Shown: piece after piece, positions 28,983 through 36,907 of the stretch
Layout of the letters: the number at the start of each line of letters is the position of its first letter
Position numbering within the stretch: the stretch's first letter is position 1
From: a virus
Lineage: Duplodnaviria > Caudoviricetes
Reading direction: 5' to 3' (one strand)
DNA length: 64,000 nt
Virus record (IMG/VR): IMGVR_UViG_3300010262_000137
Coordinates: 22,155-86,154 of that record
Program-made: the position numbers and the translations under genes
Notes under the pieces: generated by a model
What the model saw: only the letters and a program-made list of their open reading frames with translations
What the model was told of the DNA's origin: nothing
The model's database searches: none

Positions 28983-29486
28983 ATGATGGATAGTCAATTA
29001 GGATTGTATGAGACTCAGCTTGTCATACAGCAGGAGGTTTATGATATGTTACTATATGCCTATCCGTTGTTAGATCATTTTCCAAAGAGTCAAAAATTCT
29101 CTTTAGTTCAAGATATCAAAAGAAGTATGGATTTAGTTCTTAAATATGCAATTACTGCTAATAAAAAATACAGCAAGACTACAACGCTTGAAAAAATGGA
29201 TGTAGAACTAGCTGCTTTAAAGGTTTATATAAGATTAGCATTTGAATTGCATTTTTTTAAAGGCGAAAAGCACTATATGGAAATGTCTCGAAGATTAGAT
29301 AAAGTCGGCAAGATGTTAGGTGGCTGGATTAAGGCTGAAAAAGAAAAATCAGGGAATAAAGCTATTGAAAAAACATATGTTTGCGAGAAATGCGGTGCAA
29401 AAATAACTCCTAAATCTTATGAATATTCAATAAGGAATTTTGGTAAATCTCTTTGTTATGCATGTCAAAAAAGTCATAAGGATTAG
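28983..29486 (+). CDS. avd: Avd (accessory variability determinant) fused to a C-terminal Zn finger
   Basis: FPKSQKFSLVQDIK...LEKMDVEL..LK..IRLA...VGKMLGGWIK four-helix pattern; tail CEKCGAKI...YS..NFGKSLCYACQK. Confidence 0.9.
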   Translation: MMDSQLGLYETQLVIQQEVYDMLLYAYPLLDHFPKSQKFSLVQDIKRSMDLVLKYAITANKKYSKTTTLEKMDVELAALKVYIRLAFELHFFKGEKHYMEMSRRLDKVGKMLGGWIKAEKEKSGNKAIEKTYVCEKCGAKITPKSYEYSIRNFGKSLCYACQKSHKD

Positions 29487-29500
29487 ATGAATAGTGAGAA

Positions 29501-29567
29501 CTTTTCGTGTTGGCGTTGGATTCTGTACGCTTTGGCTCTGCTCTCCGAGAGGTTTTCGCTCCGCTCT
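29501..29567 (+). repeat. Degenerate, internally deleted template unit U0
   Basis: Keeps CTTTTCGTG(T)TGGC, ACGC and GGTTTTCGCTCCGCTCT; lacks the central GCAGGCGTGTTCG block. Confidence 0.75.
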
Positions 29568-29604
29568 ATTCTTTTATGCTATTTTGGGATTAGGCTATTA
29601 GCGT

Positions 29605-29715
29605 TTGCCTTTTCGTGGTGGCTCTTTCAATAATTCTAGCAATGCAGGCGTGTTCGCTTTGAATTTGAACAACCCACGCTCCAACACTTGGAACAATCTA
29701 GGTTTTCGCTCCGCT
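29605..29715 (+). repeat. Template unit U1
   Basis: 111 nt colinear with VR; 9 AAY codons; reads LPFRGGSFNNSSNAGVFALNLNNPRSNTWNNLGFRSA. Confidence 0.93.
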
Positions 29716-29743
29716 TTATCCTTATGGGATTAGACTATTATGA

Positions 29744-29854
29744 AGACCTTTTCGTGGTGGCGCTTTTTGGGAGCATTCGAATGCAGGCGTGTTCGAATTG
29801 AATCTGAATAACCCACGCTCTTATGCTGACAATGATAGAGGTTTTCGCTCCGCT
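29744..29854 (+). repeat. Template unit U2
   Basis: 111 nt colinear with VR; 5 AAY codons; reads RPFRGGAFWEHSNAGVFELNLNNPRSYADNDRGFRSA. Confidence 0.93.
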
Positions 29855-29892
29855 CTAACCCAATAAAGAGTAATGGGATTGGACTATATGAA

Positions 29893-30003
29893 TTGCCTTT
29901 TCGTGGTGGCAATTGGAATAACGGAAGCAATGCAGGCGTGTTCGCTGTAAACTTGAATAACCCACGCTCCAATTCCAATCACAATGTAGGTTTTCGCTCC
30001 GCT
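29893..30003 (+). repeat. Template unit U3 (canonical RT-proximal TR)
   Basis: 111 nt colinear with VR; 10 AAY codons; reads LPFRGGNWNNGSNAGVFAVNLNNPRSNSNHNVGFRSA; followed by a 163-nt spacer to the RT start. Confidence 0.95.
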
Positions 30004-30166
30004 CTGCTCTTGCAATTAGGTATATGATGGATACGTCTGTCATTTCAAATCAAGGGAATAAAGGAGTCTAATTCCATGCTGAACAAGCAAAAAAATATAT
30101 AAAGATGAAAACCGATTGTAATGTTAAATGAACTCCGTTAAGCATCTTAAAAATTAGGTGATGATC

Positions 30167-31321
30167 ATGGCGAAAATAAAGAATGTATATGACTATATCG
30201 TTAGTGATGAAAACATATACAATGCTTATTTGAACGCTCGCAAAAGCAAAAGATATAGAAAAGATGTACTCATATTTACTCAAAATCTATAAGCAAATCT
30301 AGTTAAGATTCAAAATGAATTAAGAAGCGAAGTTGTTGATTATCCTAAATATAGAGAGTTCTATATTTACGAACCAAAGTGTCGCTTGATTCTTGCTCAA
30401 GACTTTCCTGAAGTGATAAAACAGTGGGCGTTTTATCAAGTTTTAAGTCCTATGTTTACTAGGATGTACATCAAGGATTCTTATGCATGCATTAAAGGAA
30501 AAGGACAAATTGCAGCAATTAAAAGGCTTCATTATTGGCTTAAATTGGTCAATAGCAAAAGATACAATAAACTGAAAAACGGTTTAGATGTATCTGATTT
30601 AAACAAGTGGTATTACTTGAAAATAGACTTTAGCAAATACTTTTATAGAGTAGATCATAAAGTCATGATTGATGCATTGAAGAAGAAAATTAAAGATGAT
30701 CGTGTTGTTAGATGGCTTGAAACACGCATAGAAAGCCCTGATATGCCTTTTGGATTACCTAAAGGCATGCGTCCTGAAGATGTTGAAATGAGTGAACGTT
30801 TATATGATAAAGGAATGCCAGTAGGCGCTTTGGTTTCACAAATGTTAGCGAATGTTTACAATGATCAGATAGATCAATATGCTAAAAGGACATTAGGAAT
30901 TAAGTATTATATACGCTATCAGGATGATATTGTGGTGCTTTGCGATGATAAGAAACAAATAAAAGAATGGCATCATAAACTAGAGAAGTTCGCAAATGAT
31001 GTCATGAAAATGGAAATGAACCAAAAGACCTGTATTAGACCAATCAATCAAGGGATAGAATTTTGTGGTTTTCGCTTATGGGCTACACATATTAAAATAA
31101 GGAAAAGCACTTCCTTGAGAATTAAAAGGAACTTAAAAGGCGTGATGAAACGATACAATGAAGGAGATTGTACTTTAGAACACGCTACGCAAGTAGTTAA
31201 TTCATATTTTGGACTGCTGAAACATTGTAATAGTTATGCATTAAAAACTGAAATATTTGGTGATTATGAAAAAGGAATAGATGGTTGGTTTGTACTGACT
31301 AGAAATCAAGGTAACGATTAA
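30167..31321 (+). pseudogene. DGR reverse transcriptase with in-frame nonsense codon (TAA 30290-30292, codon 42)
   Basis: ATG 30167 with RBS AGGTG is in frame with ORF 30386-31321; ENIYNAYLNARKSK...QNL*ANL; LKIDFSKYF, GMPVGALVSQ, RYQDD, IEFCGF. Confidence 0.88.
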
Positions 31322-31411
31322 TTTCGTTACCTTTTAATTATGTTTTAAAGTTCTTTATTTTTCGACTTTATTTATTTTATATAAAATGTGCGATGAAAGG
31401 AGGAATATATA

Positions 31412-31786
31412 ATGGATATTTCAAAAACAACATCATTACTATTATTATTAATCGTTTTTGCAGTGTTGATTCAATTTATCGTTGAACGCTTAAAAGCAGT
31501 CTTAGGTAATAAGGTAATGAAGTATCTACCAGCGGATGTATTGGCTGCATTATTAGGTATTTTGTTTGCATTTATGTTTAGCATTGATGTATTCAAATAC
31601 TTTGATTTGAATGGAACAATTCCATATGTTGGCAATATTATTTCAGGTTTGATTATTTCAGCTGGAGCACCTGCTATTCATGAGTTTATTGCTAATATTC
31701 GTGAACAAAGAAAGTTACTACAAGATTCTATCTCTACTGGAGCGGTAGAACCATTAAAAAAAGTAGGAGGTAAAGAAAATGAATGA
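31412..31786 (+). CDS. Holin (putative)
   Basis: Three hydrophobic segments, charged C-terminus, upstream of the endolysin. Confidence 0.7.
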   Translation: MDISKTTSLLLLLIVFAVLIQFIVERLKAVLGNKVMKYLPADVLAALLGILFAFMFSIDVFKYFDLNGTIPYVGNIISGLIISAGAPAIHEFIANIREQRKLLQDSISTGAVEPLKKVGGKENE

Positions 31787-31871
31787 AGATGTAAAAGATA
31801 TTGTAATTACTTCAGAAATGGAAGAAGAACTTAACACTATGGGAAAAGGTGAAGAAGGAAGTGATGAATAA
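31779..31871 (+). CDS. 30-aa acidic micro-ORF between holin and endolysin
   Basis: RBS AGGAGG; MNEDVKDIVITSEMEEELNTMGKGEEGSDE*; TAATG coupling to the endolysin. Confidence 0.55.
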   Translation: MNEDVKDIVITSEMEEELNTMGKGEEGSDE

Positions 31872-32854
31872 TGGATTGGAAAAACTTAAATGCCGATGTC
31901 AATAAAATCATGAATAAACACTATACTAAGGGGCGTTCAGGACGAAAAATTGATAAAATAATCATCCATTATAACGCAGGTGATTTAACTGCAGAAGGAT
32001 GTTATTCTGTATGGCAAAACAGAGCAGCTTCGGCACACTATCAAGTTGAATCTTCAGGTCGTATTGGACAATTGGTTTGGGATGGTGATACAGCATGGCA
32101 TGCTGGCAACTGGGATGCCAACTGTTCAAGTATCGGAATTGAACATGCAAATAAAGCAGGTGGATATATTAGTGAAGCATGCTTAGATGCAGGAGCTCAT
32201 TTAGTTGCAGCATTATGTAAGTATTATGGATTGGGACGTCCTAAATGGAAGGTAAATGTATTCCCTCATAATCATTTTGCAGCTACATCTTGTCCTGGTC
32301 GATTACAGGATGAGCAAAGAGATGCTTATATGCATAAAGCTCAACAATGGTATGATCAAATGGTGAATGGGGTTGAAACTCCATCTAAACCAAGCGAACC
32401 ATCTACAGGTAAAAAAACTAATGAGGAAGTAGCAAAAGAGGTTATTGCTGGCAAATGGGGTAATGGAAATGAACGTAAGAGCAGTTTGACAAGTGCTGGA
32501 TACGATTATAATGTTATTCAATCGTTAGTAAATCAAATGTTAGGAATTCCAACGTCTGATCCAAAACCAACAAAAACTATTGATCAGTTAGCGGATGAAG
32601 TTATTGCTGGCAAATGGGGTAATGGTGAAGAACGTAAAAATCGTTTAACCAAAGCAGGATACAATTATGATGCAGTTCAAGCGAAAGTTAATCAAAAATT
32701 ACATGGAGTAAACAGTAACAAGTCCAATGAAACAATCGCTAGAGAAGTTATTGCTGGCAAATGGGGTAATGGAGCTGAACGTAAGAACCGATTAACAGCT
32801 GCAGGATATAACTATGATGCCATACAAAGTATTGTGAATAGTTTGTGTAAATAA
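31871..32854 (+). CDS. Endolysin: Amidase_2 domain plus three Cpl-7 (CW_7) cell-wall-binding repeats
   Basis: IIIHYNAG, ASAHYQV, AWHAG, SIGIEH, TSCPG; three EVIAGKWGNG.ERK..L..AGY repeats. Confidence 0.92.
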   Translation: MDWKNLNADVNKIMNKHYTKGRSGRKIDKIIIHYNAGDLTAEGCYSVWQNRAASAHYQVESSGRIGQLVWDGDTAWHAGNWDANCSSIGIEHANKAGGYISEACLDAGAHLVAALCKYYGLGRPKWKVNVFPHNHFAATSCPGRLQDEQRDAYMHKAQQWYDQMVNGVETPSKPSEPSTGKKTNEEVAKEVIAGKWGNGNERKSSLTSAGYDYNVIQSLVNQMLGIPTSDPKPTKTIDQLADEVIAGKWGNGEERKNRLTKAGYNYDAVQAKVNQKLHGVNSNKSNETIAREVIAGKWGNGAERKNRLTAAGYNYDAIQSIVNSLCK

Positions 32855-32857
32855 TTT

Positions 32858-32892
32858 GTAGGATAGTAGGAATGCTATCCTACTCTCCTTTT
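32858..32892 (+). terminator. Terminator after the endolysin
   Basis: GTAGGATAG-N8-CTATCCTAC 9-bp stem, then TCTCCTTTT. Confidence 0.6.
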
Positions 32893-32928
32893 CATAGCAA
32901 TGCCCTTTGTTTGAAAGGAGAGATAAAA

Positions 32929-33684
32929 ATGAATAGTTTTATACCATGGATTGGTGGTAAAAAGTTACTTAGAAAAGAGATATTAAACAGATTTCCAAAA
33001 GAGCAACCATCTCGCTATATCGAAGTGTTTGGAGGTGCAGGGTGGGTATTATTTGCGAAGGAACAAAATAGTAAGCAATTAGAAGTATTTAACGATCTCA
33101 ATGGCAATTTAATTAACCTATATAGATGTGTTAAATATCATGCTCAGGAAGTCCAAAAAGAATGTGAATTCTTATTGAATTCTAGAGAGTTATTCTTTGA
33201 CTATAAAGAACAAATTGACATTAAAGGTTTGACTGATATACAAAGAGCAGCTCGTTTCCTATATATTATAAAAGTATCATTTGGAGCAGATGGTAAAACT
33301 TATGGCACAAATGCTAAGAATATTTCATATTCAATTAATATGCTTCCGATGATTAGCGAACGACTTAATAGAGTTGTTATAGAAAATAAAAGCTATGATA
33401 ACCTCATTAAGGTATATGATAGAGATAATGCTCTATTTTATTTAGATCCACCTTATTATAAGACTGAAAAGTATTATGGTAATTTGTTTGCTGAAGATGA
33501 TCATATTAAATTAAGAGATATTCTAAAGGATATAAAAGGTAAATTCATTCTATCTTATAATGATTGTGAATTTATAAGAGAGTTATATTCAGATTTTTAT
33601 ATTGAAGAGGTAGAAAGAAATAACAGTCTTGTAAAAGATGGTAATTCAAAATATAAAGAATTGATTATAAGAAATTACAAGTAA
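32929..33684 (+). CDS. Dam-like (D12 class) N6-adenine DNA methyltransferase in the mom position
   Basis: PWIGGKKLL, YIEVFGGAGWV, NDLNGNLINLY, FYLDPPYY. Confidence 0.92.
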   Translation: MNSFIPWIGGKKLLRKEILNRFPKEQPSRYIEVFGGAGWVLFAKEQNSKQLEVFNDLNGNLINLYRCVKYHAQEVQKECEFLLNSRELFFDYKEQIDIKGLTDIQRAARFLYIIKVSFGADGKTYGTNAKNISYSINMLPMISERLNRVVIENKSYDNLIKVYDRDNALFYLDPPYYKTEKYYGNLFAEDDHIKLRDILKDIKGKFILSYNDCEFIRELYSDFYIEEVERNNSLVKDGNSKYKELIIRNYK

Positions 33685-33764
33685 AATATCAAAATACGAT
33701 ATAAAATATCAATAATGTTATAGCAATGCTTAGAGTGTTAAAATTCACTTAAAGGGGCGTTGCT

Positions 33765-33974
33765 ATGGCGATTAAAATATGCTTGTCTGATATACTAGGA
33801 AAGAAGAAAATGACTCAGGCAGAGCTTGCTAGAAAGACGGGTATTCGACCTAATACAATTAACGAAATTTATTGGGATATGGTTGATAGAATTAGTCTAG
33901 AACATATTGAAAAAATATGCTCAGTTTTGAATTGTGAAGTGTGTGATTTAATCAAAATAACAAGTATAAAATAA
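33765..33974 (+). CDS. Small XRE HTH regulator, last phage gene
   Basis: LSDILGKKKMTQAELARKTGIRPNTI...ICSVLNCEVCDLI. Confidence 0.85.
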   Translation: MAIKICLSDILGKKKMTQAELARKTGIRPNTINEIYWDMVDRISLEHIEKICSVLNCEVCDLIKITSIK

Positions 33975-33979
33975 GTATT

Positions 33980-34030
33980 AAAAAAGGACATTTACTTGGC
34001 GTTTAAAAGCCTGTTAAAATGTCTTTTTTT
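33980..34030. terminator. Bidirectional terminator-like hairpin near the phage right end
   Basis: AAAAAAGGACATTT ... AAATGTCTTTTTTT arms (one G-T pair) enclosing GGC-N8-GCC. Confidence 0.6.
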
Positions 34031-34054
34031 AAACCTATTTTTTTTCATTTTATT

Positions 34055-34088
34055 TGCAACATTTTTGCGTTTTGCGTGCAACATTACA
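34055..34088. repeat. Putative Mu-type right end (attR)
   Basis: TGCAACATT at 34055 and 34077 (22-bp period), ending ...ATTACA; ordinary coding sequence resumes right after. Confidence 0.65.
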
Positions 34089-35008
34089 ATCAAGAATTAG
34101 AAATTCAAAATTTTGAAAAAGAAGATTATATTACTCAATTAGAAAGTATTAATACAAGTTTGAAGGATAGTGAACTGGAACAAGAGAAAAATACAAAAGA
34201 ATTAATACGTTTAAATATAGAAAAATATGAATTAGAAAATAAGAAATATAATTTTATAAGTTTTGTTACTCAAAGATTTTCTGATATGAATAAAATAAAT
34301 GAAGTTAATAGTTTAATTGATAATCTTACAAAAGAACAGTTAAAATTAAGTCGTGAATATTATGAAATGAGTGAAATAAAGTCAATTATTGAGATGGAAA
34401 TTGATATTATCAATGACTTGAAAGATAGTATTAAACAACTTAAAGATGATAAACCCAAACTTAAATATCGTTATGATTATTTATTAAGGGATCTATTTTG
34501 GCATTTCTCAGATGAACCAGAGAATTTTAAAGAATCTGTTTCAAGGCAGGTCAATGCTAAAGATAACATTAAAAATTTAAAAAATAAGTATGAAAAGATT
34601 CTAAGTTACGCTAGTGAACAAAAAAAACAAGATATGTATTTTTCAAATATCATAAGCACTTTATGTAATAATGTATGGTATGGTAGAAATCCAACTGAGA
34701 TTGCATTAACAGACGGAGAGAATTTAATTCATATTGAAGGTTATACATTTGAATACGGTTATGAACAATTTATGCCTACAGTATCAATTTCTTTAAATGA
34801 AAAAATGTTGTATAGTAAGAATATTTATAACAAAGGAATGTTTGATGATTTAGATAAGGCTATTCAAGAATTAAAGAAGAATATAATTTTTGATAATTTA
34901 GTGGTAAAAGAACATCAAGAAGAATTCCACAAAACACAAATATCTAAAATGGGTTTCAGTGAATCAAATGAGAAAGATGGCATAGAAGATGAATATGAGA
35001 TGGAGTAA
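34089..35008 (+). pseudogene. 3' part of a cargo gene interrupted by the prophage
   Basis: ORF-track 34019-35008 starts in the phage-end sequence with no RBS; coiled-coil protein from ...QELEIQNFEKED to EDEYEME*. Confidence 0.6.
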
Positions 35009-35054
35009 ATTTCATCATTACGGCAACTTGCCGTAATATGGAGGAGATAAAAAA

Positions 35055-35786
35055 TTGAATGAACAGATATCCATATTTGATTATATTGAAGATGATTTAT
35101 TAAAACCAGATGAAAGATATGTCATAACAAAAGAAGAATTAAATCAAAAGAAAAGTAATTTTACAATGAAGAAATTAACATACATTTATGTGCTTATTAA
35201 CAATCCTAGAGAATACTGGTATCGTAACGAAACATTAGCAAGATTAAATGATCATTACATATATAGTAATGGTTTCATAGAATATTTTGATAAAGAATCA
35301 TCAGCAACTGCATTTTATAACAAAAGATTAAAAGAACTTGATGATTTATATATTGAAAATCAGAATATTAAAGAAGAAGATAATTGCAAAAAGAATGATG
35401 TTGTTTATTTAGAATATGAAAATAATTTTATTTTTCAGAATAATGTTTACCTTTCTTCCGAACCGGATGACAAATCATTTGTTCCCTTATGGCATTCTAA
35501 CTGTATAGGCTATTGGGGATTATATCCTTCATATTATGATAAATTATCAACTGATGATAAAGTTATATTTTGCAAGGAACATTTAAATAAAAATTTAAAA
35601 GATATTTTAAGAAATATAGAATATAAACCACCTATATATTACATAGATTTAAAAAAATATGATATTCTTTTTAAAGAGTTAATGGCTTTAGGATATAAAG
35701 ATGATGAATTTTATGAAAATCATCTTACCCAAGATTTTATTGATAGTGAACTAGCTGAAGAACAAGAAGAATTAGAAATGGAATAA
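35055..35786 (+). CDS. Hypothetical cargo protein
   Basis: RBS GGAGGAG, TTG start; NEQISIFDYI...EEQEELEME. Confidence 0.7.
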   Translation: MNEQISIFDYIEDDLLKPDERYVITKEELNQKKSNFTMKKLTYIYVLINNPREYWYRNETLARLNDHYIYSNGFIEYFDKESSATAFYNKRLKELDDLYIENQNIKEEDNCKKNDVVYLEYENNFIFQNNVYLSSEPDDKSFVPLWHSNCIGYWGLYPSYYDKLSTDDKVIFCKEHLNKNLKDILRNIEYKPPIYYIDLKKYDILFKELMALGYKDDEFYENHLTQDFIDSELAEEQEELEME

Positions 35787-35822
35787 AGACGGCAACTTGC
35801 CGTCTTTTTAGGTGTATAAAAA

Positions 35823-36875
35823 ATGAATAAAACAATACAGATGAATTTATTTGATTATTTTATGGATGATCCAAGCTTTACAATTCCGCAGGCAACTGAA
35901 GTTATAAAAGAGATTAATGAAATGTCTGTAAACAATGAATCAATAAGAGCAAGGATTTATGAAGGCGTAGATAAAGGTATATTTGAAAAAATATCAAGAG
36001 GTGTTTATAAAGTCTGTTCTCAAATCAATGGAAAGGAAACTTCATGTCTCTTGATTAATGGTGATGGTAGAGATTTAAGTATGATAGCTGATAATTCTAT
36101 AGATGGAATTGTTACAGATCATCCATATTCTTTAAAAAAACAACTAAAGGGAGGTAATAGAAATTTTGCAAAGTATGAACTGTTTAGATATGAAAAAAGA
36201 GATTTTAAAGAAAAGATGCGTGTTCTTAAGGATGGTGCATTTCTAGTTGAATTTCTTCCTGAAGAAAGCGAAATTAACTATGAATATCTTTATGAAATCA
36301 AGCAATTAGCCAGAAGTGTCGGATTTACCTATTATTCAAAAGTTTCTTGGACTAAGGGAACGTTTAAAGCCAATACTGGTAGAAAAACGTCTAACAGTGA
36401 AGATGTTCTTATTCTTTCTAAGGGTAAGCCAAGAACATTGAGATTATATCAGAAGAAGAACTTACAAATTGCAAGAGATAATGGTCTGAATGTTAAAGGG
36501 CTAACTTCTGAAGAAGTCGGAAATATTTTAATGGAAAATGGATTAGATGTTTATTATATGTCAGGAACAAACGGAATGCTGCCTACTGAGTTCAATTTTC
36601 AGCCACGATCCAAAAATCAAAAGATTATGGAAGCTGAAAAACCAGTAGAATTATTAGAAGAAATTATAAATTATATTTCTCGACCGTATGAAGTTCTTTT
36701 AGATCAATATGGTGGAAGTGGGAATTTTGGTGTTGCATGTCTTAACACTGACAGATACGGAATACTCATTGAAAAAGATAAAGAAATCTATGAAATGATG
36801 AAAAGTAATATTGAGATGTCTGTTTCTGACATGATGGAAGAATTTGAAAACGAAGAAGATTATGAAATGGAATAA
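35823..36875 (+). CDS. Orphan N4/N6 DNA methyltransferase (beta class) with N-terminal wHTH-like segment
   Basis: LINGDGRDLSMIADNSIDGIVTDHPY, EKPVELLEEII, LLDQYGGSGNFG. Confidence 0.82.
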   Translation: MNKTIQMNLFDYFMDDPSFTIPQATEVIKEINEMSVNNESIRARIYEGVDKGIFEKISRGVYKVCSQINGKETSCLLINGDGRDLSMIADNSIDGIVTDHPYSLKKQLKGGNRNFAKYELFRYEKRDFKEKMRVLKDGAFLVEFLPEESEINYEYLYEIKQLARSVGFTYYSKVSWTKGTFKANTGRKTSNSEDVLILSKGKPRTLRLYQKKNLQIARDNGLNVKGLTSEEVGNILMENGLDVYYMSGTNGMLPTEFNFQPRSKNQKIMEAEKPVELLEEIINYISRPYEVLLDQYGGSGNFGVACLNTDRYGILIEKDKEIYEMMKSNIEMSVSDMMEEFENEEDYEME

Positions 36876-36907
36876 GGACGGCAAGTTGCCGTAATTGGAG
36901 GAACGTT

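Larger units (their letters stand above)
1..34088 (+). mobile_element. Mu-like transposable prophage (left end outside window)
   Basis: MuA DDE transposase + MuB ATPase, GemA, Mor, DUF3486-like gene, terminase, head, contractile tail, lysis and terminal methylase in Mu-like order; putative right end TGCAACATT-N13-TGCAACATT-ACA at 34055-34088. Confidence 0.95.

Noticed and set aside
29605-29854. U1 and U2 as extra protein-coding targets
   Set aside because: No start codon or RBS, in-frame stops immediately upstream (TAG 29599, TGA 29741), and no downstream target hairpin
29478-30003. CRISPR array
   Set aside because: The repeats are colinear homologs of the coding VR with alternating conserved and variable blocks; there are no cas genes, and the context is avd and a DGR RT
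28635-30043. Minus-strand ORFs 28635-28898, 29730-29978 and 29855-30043
   Set aside because: Antisense shadows of the VR/TR repeats, with no RBS or recognisable product
30167-31321. Group II intron or retron RT
   Set aside because: Short RT with GxxxSQ signature, no maturase/endonuclease domain, adjacent avd and a TR/VR pair with A-specific differences
30386-31321. ORF-track RT start at TTG 30386 as the true gene
   Set aside because: No RBS, and it omits the conserved N-terminal ENIYNAYLNARK segment that lies in frame upstream of the TAA
32420-32830. Repeated GTTATTGCTGGCAAATGGGGTAATGG in the endolysin as a second DGR target
   Set aside because: These are Cpl-7 domain repeats with no similarity to any template unit
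32894-33766. Shared ATAGCAATGC upstream of the methylase (32894) and terminal HTH gene (33720), with inverted TTGCTAT at 33760
   Set aside because: Only 7-10 bp in AT-rich DNA; could be chance, too weak to call an operator
34019-34088. Signal-peptide-like N-terminus of ORF 34019-35008
   Set aside because: It is the translated T-rich phage right end and lacks an RBS
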